DNA of 63,493 nucleotides, counting the filler, from Choristocarpus tenellus KU-1152 (lineage: Eukaryota > Protista > Phaeophyceae), in assembly GCA_964200185.2 (NCBI GenBank). It is 12 parts of 12 records of this genome, joined end to end, with 100 filler letters (N's around TTAATTAATTAA, not from the genome) between each part and the next. Parts side by side here need not be neighbours in the genome. Positions count along the whole stretch, not along the records: positions 45,355 to 52,244 come from CAXNAD020007136.1; positions 52,345 to 56,631 come from CAXNAD020015286.1; positions 56,732 to 60,099 come from CAXNAD020020499.1; positions 60,200 to 63,493 come from CAXNAD020020979.1; 8 more parts are not named here. One strand, 5' to 3'. The notes beneath the pieces were generated by a model. That model was not told the DNA's origin, ran no database searches, and saw only the letters and a program-made list of their open reading frames with translations. A program made the position numbers and the translations under genes. Of this stretch, positions 47,806-60,254 are shown piece after piece (within the stretch, counting starts at the first letter, position 1; every line of letters begins with the position of its first letter).

Positions 47806-49797
47806 TCACAACATCTTGCAAGCCTTTCTTCCAACTAAAAGTGATACAGGCAACATCAGAACAACTGGCAGTGAAGGGATTATATCTACCATGGTGCTGA
47901 TAGACTTCAGCACACACCTCCGTTTCTTGCAAAGAACCAACACAGCTCCAAGCAGAGCTGCCACTATTACAACCTCTGTGGGGCACACCTCAAGCCTTCC
48001 AAGCCTCAAGAAATCAGTGGTCGAACGTATAGAATGCTGGGACTGTTGCAGGGTTTGAATTGTAACACCAGGTGGAACAACTCTTGCACCTTCCATAGAT
48101 TTTGCAGCTACCTTTCGTTCTCCCTCTTCCAAGTCTTGCCACCCCCCTCTAAAACTCATCAGTGACCTTCCACTCCCACTTCCTCTCATCGGCTCTGCCC
48201 CCTCCCTTGTGTGTGTATTGGACTTCCAGCTTTGCCACCAACCATCTGTCCAACCATAACCTCCACCACCTCCACCACCGGAGGAAACCGTCACACAGCA
48301 AACAACAGCTAGAGCCGTACCTCCAGCAGCCACTGCAGATCCTGCCGGAGGTGATTCTCGGGAGGTCTTCCGATCATGGGACTGGTTGGAATCAGAGGAA
48401 CTACCGATTCCGCGATTGCTTCCATCACATTTGTGTACCGGGAGGACCGGGGTAACAGCTGAGGTGGAGTGGGAAGATCCTTCCTCCCTTTGTCCTTCAA
48501 GGCTTCTGTTTTTCCTCGAACGGAAGCCCTCCAATATTCCACTGACAATTGAGCTTCCAACAACAGTTTGACCTCCTGACACGAGACCGCTGAGGTAGGC
48601 ATTGTCTTCTCGTAAATAGTCTATTTCGGACTTGAGAGACACGTTTTCGGATCGAGCTTCCTCTAGGTGTTTTGAGAGAAGGTTTGCCCGCTTTTTCAGT
48701 GCTCCAAACTCTTCTTTCCTCTGTTGGTGAATTTTGGGGAAGTTGTACATGGGAGGAGGTTGGAGATTAGGCGGAAAGGATATTCAAGTTTCGAGTATGC
48801 TGTCAAATTCATGTCTTGTAGACCTCTATCAGGCAACGGGATTGGCATTAACCATCGCAATCAAAGACTTCTGGTAGTCTTGCCACGTGTTTGTAGGATG
48901 TACAGCACCTTGATTCGAGAACGATTTGCAGCTTCTCGATTCTTGAGTAGACGCTCGTTTCTCTTTGCCCTCTTGTTGGCGGCAGGTGTCATCGCGCTTG
49001 AAAGTGTCTTGGTGCTTGAAACTAATCCAGTGCTCTCCATCCCAAGGATAGGACCGGAAACACTTGGAGGTTCGACCCTTTGATCCATTCCAGTCCCACC
49101 TCCCTCTCTCACACGTTTCAAATCAACGCGCATCAGGCCCTGCATGTCTATCCCTGAGGTGGAAGGTGGCGTGGCAGCCGTTGGTATGCCCCCGAGTATT
49201 CCGATTGTGCCGCCAAGAAGCGGTGGGAAGGAGAAGGGCAATGCAGAACTTGCAGGCAGGACCAACCGACTTCGTGGAGGTGGGATCACAGTAGCCAAAG
49301 AATCAGGAGGAGTTTGGGCAACAAGTAGATTATCCATAGGGTTGGCAGGAGGATTCAACTCACCAGTATGGGACCAGCCGTACCCACGTTCAGTCTCGGA
49401 GCTGGAGCCGCCAATATCATTTTCCACAGAACTATCGCAACTACTACTTGTCCTCGCCCCCGACAAGCTCCCTGGTGAGCAAGGCTCCCAATCTGTCCAC
49501 CCGTCAAATCCGTCACATTCGGGCGCAGCTACTGGTGGTTGTCCTTCCTCTGTTAGGGTGGAGTCTGCAAGGAAGGCCCATAACTCATCGTCTGAGAGCA
49601 AAGCCTGGCGCGAGATCCAAGAGTGGACAGGTCGTTGGGTGCACGATGGAGTTGACAAGCTACACAAACTCCATCAGGTATGTTCGTTGCTGTTAACCCT
49701 AGGTTTGCATATCGTCAAGCCACAAGAAATCTTTAAAAGCAGTAGTGGCTGGCGTGGTTACCCACCTCTCCTGCTTGAAGCGCCTCGTACTCTGCAT
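47806..49797 (-). CDS. bZIP transcription factor with C-terminal hydrophobic (putative transmembrane) segments, 3 exons, ~565 aa
   Basis: Exons 49797-49766 (MQSTRRFKQES), 49659-48909, 48720-47806, phases compatible. The spliced KRNERLLKNREAANRSRIK|RKEEFGALKKRANLLSKHLEEARSENVSLKSEIDYL has exact N-x7-R-x9-L spacing followed by heptads. Acidic N-terminus (DDELWAFL). Hydrophobic stretches GTALAVVCCVTVSS and VVIVAALLGAVLVLC-KKRR. Confidence 0.9.
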
Positions 49798-50222
49798 GAA
49801 AGGGAGACAATGGTCCTTCACCAGATTCCACACAGTTCGGAGATCCGCAATCAACAAGAGCAGCCACATCTGTGTTGGAATCCATCATTAAGTAGGTTGT
49901 GGGTGGGTAACACGTTAGGTGTGAAGGTTGATCAGTTCTAGAGTGGAAGTTAACCAGTTCAATTCTGTGTATGGATGAGGGACAAGGAATTTCCTGTTCC
50001 TCTATTGTTCGTGGTTTATCAACAAATCTCTAACCAATCAAATACTGCCAACAAGAACGAAGCGGCAAATCTCAAATTATAGAAAATATTTTTAAAAAAT
50101 CTCCAAATTTCAAAACCCCCAAATCTCAAATCTCGCACTGACTGGAAATCTCCAAACATCAACAAAGTTTGTTCGTTGTTTAACGCCATCTTTAACTTAC
50201 AAATATCTTCATTGTCAGTCGC

Positions 50223-50420
50223 CTTTTTGATCTCCTCATATTGATGAGGATAATACGCGCGTCACCTTTCGTTATTAAGGTTAGAGAAAGTGATGCGGTG
50301 TGTGTCAGACGCACGACCGGCTCGCGGTAACTTGACATGAACAGTGGATTCAAACCACCAAACCCTTAGTAGATTGTGTTTTCTATTCTGACTGGTCACG
50401 ACCAATCACTGTCAAGATTG
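50223..50420. repeat. Dispersed repeat family D, second copy
   Basis: Aligns by eye to 22477-22695. Confidence 0.72.
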
Positions 50421-52165
50421 TGCTACTATAGGGCTGTCAACATGCACCCAGCATGCCTCAGTCTCGTCTCTAACTTCCTTTCTGAACCTCATCTCTGGTA
50501 GTTCACTACCTCTTGAGGATTGGGCATCCATACTTGGGAGGGAGCACAGATGATACAAAGTATGACTGATTTCCCGCCCTACGTGATAACTCTTGGGTCA
50601 GTAAATTCTGAGGGGTTGCTTACATAGATGACAATGTCTACATAAGGACCAGTTGGCAGGGCTAACTTGACTTTGATACCCCGAAAGGTTGCCATAAGCA
50701 GTCTCGTTTCACCTTCTCCCTGGGTCATGTGTTGCAATTCAACTGTGTGTGCTTGGCCATTTGCATTCTGTTAGTATGGTTCGAATTGAGGCCTTCAGTC
50801 GACCGAAATTCATCCCCATACTTGCACACCCAGCACGGAGATGCGGTTTCCGACATTCTATGGTCACACCAATTGCACATTGGGACTGCACCAGAGTTTT
50901 CTGGATAATGTTGTCACGAATCTTTGCAAGAACGGATGAAGCCAAGTGTGCTTTCTATTCACGACCCCAGCCACAGGGGACGTGTGAAATCCACAGCAGA
51001 TGCTGTGCCCTTGTCTCAGGTATCCACCATGAAGCGTGATGGATCAAGGATGGGTAACGGTTGAGTTATACATGAAAGGAGAAAACGCGTTGAGATGTGT
51101 CTACACGCACGACGCGCGCGTTTCACAAATCTCTTGAAATTAGAAACACGTCCCTCCCCTCTCACGGACACCTCCTAACTTCTAAAAGATACATCTGTTC
51201 CTTTGACTCCATATATCATGCACCCGTTTCAGAATTGCTGCAATTAATCGTGATGGAGTTGATTTCCTGACCCTTGAAGCAAGTTCTTGAATACTCTTTG
51301 AATCATATTAGTCTTATGGATCCCAGACCCGTTAAACGTAAACAGAAAGTCCAAAGAAGGCAATATGTGAAGCAGGTGGAAACTGGCAGACAGGTTCTTC
51401 AGACTGAAGGGGTCGGGGAAGATCTTCTGGCGGAATGAAAGGGAGAGAGATAAGGCAGGAGGGTAATCAAGCCTGAGAAGGTCACCCAGGAAAGGAATGG
51501 CAAGTTAAGTTAATAAGGACGGCTTGTAAGCCCCACTCAACAACCCCATGTTGACGCCAGTAGGAAGCAATTCTGATGTCATTTGAGGAAACAGACTTTA
51601 AGGAATAAATTCGCATGTGAAGGTGGGTATCACATCACCCCCATCTCTATGTTTCCTGATTTGACTGTCAGGACAAACAGGTTACAACAGGAAATGAAGT
51701 GTACATATAAAGGAATTTGACATGAGCATTGAAAGAAAAAGAAACAAGTCCCTCTCAAAATACTACTGTTCGGAATCATAGTAGTAGTATATGCAAAAAA
51801 TATCTGTATGGTATGAAAGATGTAGAGGAACCCCCCCCCCGAGCAATAATGGCGTTTCACAACTTCCCACATGTAGCTAAGATTTGGTGGGGACCAGACC
51901 TATGTCACTTCATGTTGAACAGAGGTGATAATATCACGATTTCGACGTATCAGGTATGAATACGCCTACTCAAAACTTCAACATAAAAGGGCAAGATGGG
52001 CAAGGAGTACTAAGTCGCAGCATGAAATTCTGTACACTCCACTAAGGAGACACAGCGACCAATGAATAGTTCGTCTTCTCGAATGATGAGGGAAAATGCT
52101 TGAGTACGTCCCGTAGGCCGTGCAGAAAAAGCGGTTGAATTATCGGTATCTACATAGAGTACCAA

Positions 52166-52244
52166 GGGTCAAATTATCTGGGGGGGGGGGGTCGGTGTGC
52201 GTTTTTCACCCTTTTTGGTGTGATTTGGTCGCACGTGTCGGATT
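52166..52244. mobile_element. Diverged MITE family B1, truncated at contig end
   Basis: gggtcaaattatctg + G-run ... tttttggtgtgatttggtcgcacgtgtcggat resembles tttttgggtgatttggttgcatacgtcggat at ~59938-59968. Confidence 0.7.
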
Positions 52245-53561
52245 NNNNNNNNNNNNNNNNNNNNNNNNNNNNNNNNNNNNNNNNNNNNTTAATTAATTAA
52301 NNNNNNNNNNNNNNNNNNNNNNNNNNNNNNNNNNNNNNNNNNNNCCCCCTGACACATCTGCAAAATGTCAGAGGGCATAATAATATAAAATATGTGGTGT
52401 AAATAACTTCGAGTCTGTCTCTACGCCTTACTTCCCCTATAATACTTATGTAGACTTCTCTACTCTTTCTAAACAACTAAGATACTATTCGTAGTAGTAG
52501 TATTGTAGTGATAATAGTATTACTCTTGTCAATGTACTGCTACTCCAACTTCTTTGTTCGTATCGCACGTAGAGTTGAGGGAAGAACATATAGACTTAGT
52601 TGTATATACTTCGAAGTTCTATAAATATATATATCTAATCATTTGTGATCATGGTAAGTTGAAATTCCATGCAATTTGCAGTATGGGTTATATTAAGTAA
52701 TTATTAGAGTGTTTTTAACGTAACTTAACATGGTAGAAATGATTGATTGGGATAGGTATACAATTGAAGTAGTCGAAAAATGATGCCAATTGACTAACTG
52801 GTTGTCATGTGAAGTTTCTAGGTCAATAAGTATGTATCTACACAATGAAATGGTCAACGGTTAACGATTGGGATCGGGGATACTTGTTGGCCTTGACTTG
52901 TACATCAGAACCCAAGCAACTATGGGAAAGACGCACTCTCTCCTTACGAGACAGCGACACCGTGGACAAAACGGTTTCAGGCTTGCCGAGGTACTCCAGT
53001 AATCGAGCGGTCTTACTAATAGCAGGTAGAATTTCCATGGTACTAGTAATACTAAGTGAAATCTGTTTAGGAGAGGATATGAGATGAACTTGGCCGCTGC
53101 ACACTTGTGGAGTGCTTTACCACCAGACCCTTTCTTTGACAGGCAGGGGGTTGGAGGTAGAGTACCGTGTTATGCCGCACGAATATGTGTGCTTGGCTAT
53201 CATTAGTTGGTATGATTTAATGCTCACTCGGTGTTTCCAGTGTGACACTTTGTCTCTTCCATCGTTCATCCCCAGACAATCTCTTGGCCTTGACACACAC
53301 AGAGTGTAACGTGTTTGCCGAAATCGGCATTGGAGTTAGACTCCTCTGATATTATGGTTGCATGCTACCCGGAGTACTTGGTATTTGCTATTGTATAACA
53401 CTTGAACTCACCACAGTGCTTGATACCTACCTTGTTGCCTCTCTATTGCTTCCCACTTTCTCTTTTTCTCTCCTGAGCTGTCCTTTTCCTCTCTTCTCTA
53501 CTGGCTCTTTATGTAGAGCCCTAGTCGGAAAGAGAAGTGTTTAATTTCTGGAAAGACTAGA

Positions 53562-56337
53562 ATGAAAGTTCATACAGCATATCAGGTGGCGGCAACTTTG
53601 TTGATAGGGGAGTTCATCAGGACTGCAGCGGTCCCTTGTGTTCCCCAAACCCGTTCACTACGGGTGCAAGACACATCGGAAGCATGGGAACTCAGTCAGG
53701 CCCTAGCTTGCTCGGATGGTCACTTCAACGTGACATGGATTCATAGAGTAGCTCTTAACCAAACCATCTCTGTCACAGAGGGTAGTAGTCTCTCCATCAC
53801 AGGTACTGGCGACGCTGTGATAGATGGGAACTTCTCTAATTCACTCTTCTCTGTGATTGGGATAGGTTCTCGGCTTCGCCTTGAAAACTTATCCCTTCTA
53901 CACGGGAACAGTACTATAGGCGGGGCTGTAAGTGCTTTCAATGGCTCATCCGTCACTGCGGTGGACACCTCTTTCCAGGATAACATGGCTAAGTTTGCTG
54001 CAGGTATACAAATGACAACAAATTCATTCGGGTGATATGCTTTTATATTCAGATAAAGAATGTGTCGACAACATTCAGGGCCTCAACCCTATCAATTCTT
54101 CAAGAATCATGACACCTACAACACCTCCCGCACCTCTTTACAATGAGCACTACTATGAATTGATATCATCCTCTTACCCTTGTCCACGACTCGCATAGGT
54201 GCCGTATATGTTGGATACCAATCCAACTTCATCATCGACGGCAACTCCACTTTTGTCAACAACACTGCTGGGGAGAGTGGAGGTTAGTTGTACAAAAGGA
54301 TTGGAAGAAAATGTGTTTTTGCTTGGTGTGTAAGCCGTGACGGGAAACAGTCAGATTTTGCCTCCCTCCCTTTTCACGAGCACAACACATCGATGCATTG
54401 AACCGTGAAGGGATAATAGAACTATGAAACATAATACTGAGCGTGGATCCCAGAAGGTGGATCCCAGAAGTCAAGCATTACTACAGTCATACATAGGGAA
54501 GCAAGATGGAGTGTGGCTGTATGATAATAGTGACAAGAGGGCATGGCAAAGGGTTCTATTTGTTTTCACCCTGTTTACTACTGCTATATGGTGATTGAAG
54601 CAGACTCTCTTCCTGGGATCATCTTCAGTGGGAAGCTGCTGGACCCCTTTGATATCCTTTGAGGACAAATGAGTGGTCAGAACACAATATTTCGCAGTAC
54701 CCACGGCTCTAGAGCTCAAACGCATTATCATTTAATGGCATAATCGAGTTTTGTCTCCCTCTTGGCGTATTGTCGCGCGCAGCGACCAATAGACCACATC
54801 CACTACCACCATTGTGTGACGAATTGATCTTATTTTGTAGATATTTCACCTCAGACATTTGACTTCCTCCTAATGTAAACAAAAAAACCCATCACCAAAC
54901 AGGCGCTGTCTCTGTCAGTGATCGATCTGATTTTTCTGCTTCCGGCATCTCAACCTTTGCAAGCAATTATGGTGGGGGTTCCGGAGGTAAGGTGGAGAGA
55001 GAGGACATGATAAACCATTTGTTTATTTTGTTTCGCCCCCATAATAGGACCAGCACCTCTCACCGAAGAATTGCAATATATATATTTTTCCTATATGCCT
55101 TCCCTCGTTTGGCTTCAACTTAGGCGTCTGTACCTGAACAAGCAAGTTGGAGACTTTTACCAAGTCAGTCCATCACCCTCGCACCTCAATGGCCTGTTTT
55201 TACGATAATGTCTCCTCGACCTTCTTGCTGTTAGATACCCTTTGAATTAATAACCTGTCTATGTGTGTATGGCGATTTTGTTGAACACCCAACTATTCCT
55301 AGGAGTGCTAGAAACAAGATATCACGGTATATTGCGGGATGGGTATGTAGCAATTGGCAGCCACTAACAGGATACGCCTGATGACCCTTTGCAACTCAAA
55401 AAGTATCCATCTCTTTGTAAGTTCTATGCTTATTCTTTTCTTCCCAGCAGGTGCTATCCACGTTGAGAAATCTTCAGGGATCACAGTTGATGGAACTGCA
55501 ACATTCTCGGATAATTCTTGTTCTGGTTTTGGAGGTGACTTGTAGCCGTGTATGTTACCAAGAATGCGCTTTCTTAGTGATTTCGATAGGACTGAATCGC
55601 TGAGCCTATTTTACATTGTTGTATTTTCATTTTATAGGTTTAGTGTGTGAAACCCCACTTAGTTTTCTCTGGACCATCCAGTCAGTTCCACTAGGTGCTA
55701 TAAATGCTCTTGTGTACGAAACTGCCCTCATTTTCCTGTGGCTTGCTCTTATACCTCTGACCACTTCCCCCCCCTGTGGTTCCGATTCATCTCCTTCTAC
55801 TCAATTTGTTGCCCCATCAGGTGCTGTGTACCTCAATGGTTCATTCCTTGCTGTCAGTGGCAGCACAGATTTCGCTGGTAATGATGCCAATCAAGGAGGT
55901 AATTGGGAAGTGACAGGCCGTGTTTTCCCACCCACTGATCACACCAAAGAGGACCATTTTTACAATACTAGCTTAAAAGTACACTTGTAACTTGTGTGAT
56001 TCAATGGCCTTGCTCATGTTTCATCCCTCGAAAATATTTTTACAAAATATTTTGTAAGTAGGACAAGTTGGGCTGAGAGATTTCTCCTGCTGTTCAGACA
56101 AGCAGTACGCTTTCTTGGTAGATAGTACTGAATGTGATACAGCTAGACAACGGTTCATGGTGTACTGCATCTTGAGAAATTGTTGCGTTGTGGTTATAAT
56201 TCTCTTGTGCATGGTCTACACAGTGGATTTAGAAATCCTCGCATCACCCTTTACAGGTGCCGTCTGCGTTGAGATGTCTTCACGTTTTTCCTCCAAGGGC
56301 AACACCATCTTTGATTACAACACTGCTCTTGCTGGAG
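53562..56337 (+). CDS. Polymorphic outer membrane protein (Pmp)-like / adhesin-like beta-helix repeat protein, 5' six exons, partial
   Basis: Exons 53562-54003, 54199-54282, 54903-54986, 55451-55534, 55821-55898, 56257-56337. Signal-peptide-like start and cap domain (LSQALACSDGHFNVTW...TISVTEGSSLSITG..AVIDG...LFSV), followed by GGA(V/I)...FxxN repeats, one per exon. Confidence 0.9.
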
Positions 56338-56565
56338 GTAAGCTATATTCTATATTTCTTGCAGTCTAATGTAATTTGGCGATGCTCTTATTTATTCCTG
56401 CCATCGGAGCATGGATGCACCTCTTTGTGATTCTGCGCAAGTCTGATTTTCTCTTCTAATAACTCTTGATACGTTGAGTGATCTGTGCTGTATATTATTG
56501 TTCGTAACTCACCGCCCCTTTTCTCAATTCCTCCGTCTATTCTGTGGTCAAACTGGAACCCTGGA

Positions 56566-56631
56566 GAGTGAAAGTACCTTACAGGGTACGAGTTTAGCCC
56601 TGTTTGTGACCCAAAGTATCTGGGAGGGGGG
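56566..56631. mobile_element. Nested MITEs: B2 end (56566-56607) interrupted by B1 end (56608-56631)
   Basis: gagtgaaagtaccttacagggtacgagtttagccctgtttgt is the reverse complement of the B2 right end. It is followed directly by gacccaaagtatctgggagggg. Confidence 0.75.
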
Positions 56632-56806
56632 NNNNNNNNNNNNNNNNNNNNNNNNNNNNNNNNNNNNNNNNNNNNTTAATTAATTAANNNNNNNNNNNNN
56701 NNNNNNNNNNNNNNNNNNNNNNNNNNNNNNNGGGGATCTGCTAGGTAGGCCTCACCACCCTTCATATTTGATCCCCCTAGGCCCCCCCAAGCTCATATAT
56801 GCCTAC

Positions 56807-59663
56807 CATCATATAGCTTGTCCAGTGTCCTTGGGTCGAGCTCGCCTTCCCTGTCACTAAGGTCGTTGATGTCAGAGGGAGAGGCCTGCACTCTCACCCC
56901 CCCGAAAAGGTGCGTTGGAAATGGAAAAGTGATGTCAGAATTTGATAAAGTAATGCGACCAACCTCAACAGGGAGAGAAGGGGTGAGACACTCTGTTTTG
57001 CAGTGTCTTCTTTTCTAATTCTCATCAGATAGCTTGTGGTTGATATACCCCCTGAAACCATACTGCATCAATCTAGCAATACCAACGCAGTCTAGATGAG
57101 GAGAGTGCTCTCTTGCTCAAGAATTTGGTCGGTACCTTATGATACCAGCAGAGGTACATTTCCACTCTTGCCCACCCCCTCCACAAGAATTTTTTTTAAA
57201 GGGGCAACAGTTGTGGGCATTGTCTTCTATCAACACCACTTCAGATTGTAAGACCTAAAACTTCTCTCTCAGAAAAGGAAATCACTTGTTCAACATAAAA
57301 AAAAAACTGACCACCACATTTCCCTCTCCAAGCTCCACTAGTTGTTGCCGATCATCATAGATCTCCAGTCCGTTCAACCCTATGAAGAAGGGGTCCCCGT
57401 GTGTTGTCAGAAGACGCAGCTTGATGATGCAGCCACATGGATGAACTGGGGTTTCATACTGCTGTGGGAGCACGCACACTGAGGCAGGGAGTACCCCAGC
57501 GAGAGCCAATGCATTCAATTGCAAATCTTCAGTTGTGCTTTCACTGAGCAACTCATAATCATTGGTATCTGCTATGGATTGTGCATAGAGATGGGGGTCC
57601 AGGCAGGAGGGAAGGGTAGGAATACTTGAGATGAAATTGATGCTGGGTGGCAACAATCAATCTTTGTATTGATGGCGGTGGTGGCACCTGTGATGAGATC
57701 ATTGTGATGAAACGTACAGAGGGGCAACAAGCAGAACTCTACATTTCCCCAGCTGGAGCTTCTTGTTTTTGTCCCCTTCTTGGTATGGAGTTTGCTCAAT
57801 CACATGCTTTCGTCGCATTGACTCAAGTATATTCCCAAATAGGAGCATGTCTCAAGTTGGGAGCATATGCTGAAATCCTTCAGACTATAAATGTATGTGC
57901 TGCATGCAGATACAAATCGCACAAATATTGATGAATGAACAAACAATCAACCGATCAATGGAACCACTGTTGAGCATTCACCTCGATCAAAAGAATCAAG
58001 GGATTCCTCGCAGCCCACCATATCCTCATATTGTGTTGTTGGGTGCAACACACTCCCCAAGCTAGGGCACTGTGTCATTGAGGTTTCTCCTGTCAACTCA
58101 CTTGTCTTGGGCTTGTTGCTCAATAATTGACCTCTCAGAGACTGACCCTTAGAGCGTATTGCAGGCACGAATGAGACAACTTGATCATGCAAAGTGTTGT
58201 GGGTGGGACAAAATGTCCAAGCCTGCAAGGGTACCTTGTACCTTCATTTGTAGGGACTGATGCTATTGGCTGACCTGGTTGCTTTCAGCATCCCTGATCT
58301 CAACGCTCTGCGGCACCTCTGGAGATCGCTTAGCATGATCCTCATCTTGTCGATCCTCTGTGCTATCCAAGTTATCAGGTTTTTCTACATGGACATTGCC
58401 AACTCCAGGATCTAAGAGGAAAACGTGTTGTGAGGCTAGCCCTTACAAGCCCAATCAAGAACAATTACCCTGCATTAGTCAGTATAGCACATGTCTTGTT
58501 GACGACGACATGTGGACTTCCTGCACAGGATGGGAATCTGAAGCAAAAGTTGAGTAGGTCTATTTTCTTTTTTCGTTTGGGGTTGTATGTAGCTAGGAGA
58601 GAAGAGTATTTGTCAAGTGGTTTGAGGTGTTGGGGTTTGCATATGTAGGCATATTACGACAGACACCTTGCGAAGCTTAATCCCTACCCTGCCCTGTAAG
58701 ATTAGTTTGTAATTACTGGATGTAATTTATTTGCAACTGGACAATATGAGGGTACACCACGTAATGGGTACTCCAAAACAACCCATTTGCTGTGCTGCTC
58801 TCAGCCAACAAAGAAACACAGACATTTGATATCGACCTGGGTATGAAGAACAGGTCATACAAATATGTCTGAGCTCACTTACACATGCAAAGAATGACCT
58901 TGTCCGTTTGCTAGTACCTGGCTTGTGTGCTGTACACAAGTTGAATGCTCGAGATAGGTTTGGACTGCTGCTTCCTTGACTTTCGATTGTGTAGAAGGGG
59001 ATTATCTGGCCAAAGTCAAATTTCTCTGTCCCAGGAGCTTTTCGGATGAGACATCCTGCAGACAAGATGCACAGAACTTCTGTTTAGGGTGAACTTTATA
59101 TTAATAGTTTATACCATGTAGTACGAAGTATAAATTATTGTTCTTTTCCTAATAATTCTGATGGACAAAAGAAGGGTTTTTCCTGAGAAAAATGCTTCAG
59201 CGGTCAGTAGCAGCAGCTAGCGACCGTCAAAGACTTTTCGACAGTGGGTGCAGTACACCAAATGCAGTAACATCGAATTTGGTACCTAGTACTATTGTAT
59301 GTGATAATGATTTGTACTTCGGAGTAGAGTTACGTACTACGTAGTGTATATAAATCTAGGAGACACCTGTTGACAACTATGAATGAAATGAATGATCTTG
59401 TTTTTGTGGCAGCACATGTTCCCCCCTACTGACACCGTAACACAAAGTCAAATGGAAAAAGGAGGAGACACAATTTGAACGTTCTCACCTTGTGGAGGAC
59501 TCAGGGGGTGGCCGTCAAGAGTGATTCTCATGCTTCTTAACCCCATACCCGTGTCCTCAGGAGTAGCATTGAAGTTCCAGGCCTTAAGGCCAAGGATGCC
59601 CCTGGGCTGGCCAAGGTCTACTTTGAGAATTGGTGGAGGCAAATCGCCGTTTCTTAGCAAGGA
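56807..59663 (-). CDS. KATNIP: Katanin-interacting protein (KIAA0556, DUF4457 repeats), internal exons
   Basis: Exons 59663-59489 (LKAWNFNATPEDTGMGLRSMRITLDGHPLSPPQG), 59055-58918 (LIRKAPGTEKFDFGQII), 57571-57312 (QYETPVHPCGCIIKLRLLTTHGDPFFIGLNGLEIYD) and 56885-56807 (ASPSDINDL...DPRTLDKLYDG). Linker exons around 58411-58275 and 58222-57982 are uncertain. Confidence 0.9.
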
Positions 59664-59875
59664 CTGCAGGATATGGGAAAGAGGAAGGGGACTCGGTATG
59701 GAAACAAAATCTCAACATGATCACAACGACTCTGGTGTTCAATGTTTTGTGCACAACAGAATATTGATTTTGGTTTGTCTTGCAATGGTTATCCGTTCAT
59801 TCATCCCATTCACAACTCTTTCAACGATATAGCACAAAAAAATGGTGGAGATTACATGTCATACAAGAACCCAGT

Positions 59876-60027
59876 GGTTCAAAGTACCTGGAAGGGGGTG
59901 GCGGCTGTCCATATGGGATAATTTTTTCATGTCGCGGTTTTTGGGTGATTTGGTTGCATACGTCGGATGGATAATGAAAGTGCACTTTTCCTGGTTTTGG
60001 TCCAAGTGGACACCCTGGTGTAGACAG

Positions 60028-60075
<48 letters not shown>
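59876..60075. mobile_element. MITE family B1 running into poly-C near contig end
   Basis: Collinear with the reverse complement of 46259-46439. Confidence 0.82.
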
Positions 60076-60076
<1 letters not shown>

Positions 60077-60254
60077 CGCGGCGCGCGACGCCCGGAGGGN
60101 NNNNNNNNNNNNNNNNNNNNNNNNNNNNNNNNNNNNNNNNNNNTTAATTAATTAANNNNNNNNNNNNNNNNNNNNNNNNNNNNNNNNNNNNNNNNNNNNT
60201 CCCCTCCTCCCCCTCCCTCCCTCCCTTCCCCCCCCGCCAGCAAATCCGCCTCAC

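Noticed and set aside
48295-48350. IRE1-type (bZIP60/XBP1-like) unconventional intron at GCAGGATCTGCAGTGGCTGCTG before the first hydrophobic segment
   Set aside because: One CTGCAG core is present, but the stem is poor and the next CNG-NNG candidates lie 9 and 30 nt away (no frameshift). No twin hairpin.
49144-49941. 265-aa plus-strand ORF
   Set aside because: Antisense shadow of the bZIP exons.
50739-51039. CxxC...CxxC pattern (CNWC...CWVC) on the minus strand
   Set aside because: Short frame, no supporting splice model, could be chance.
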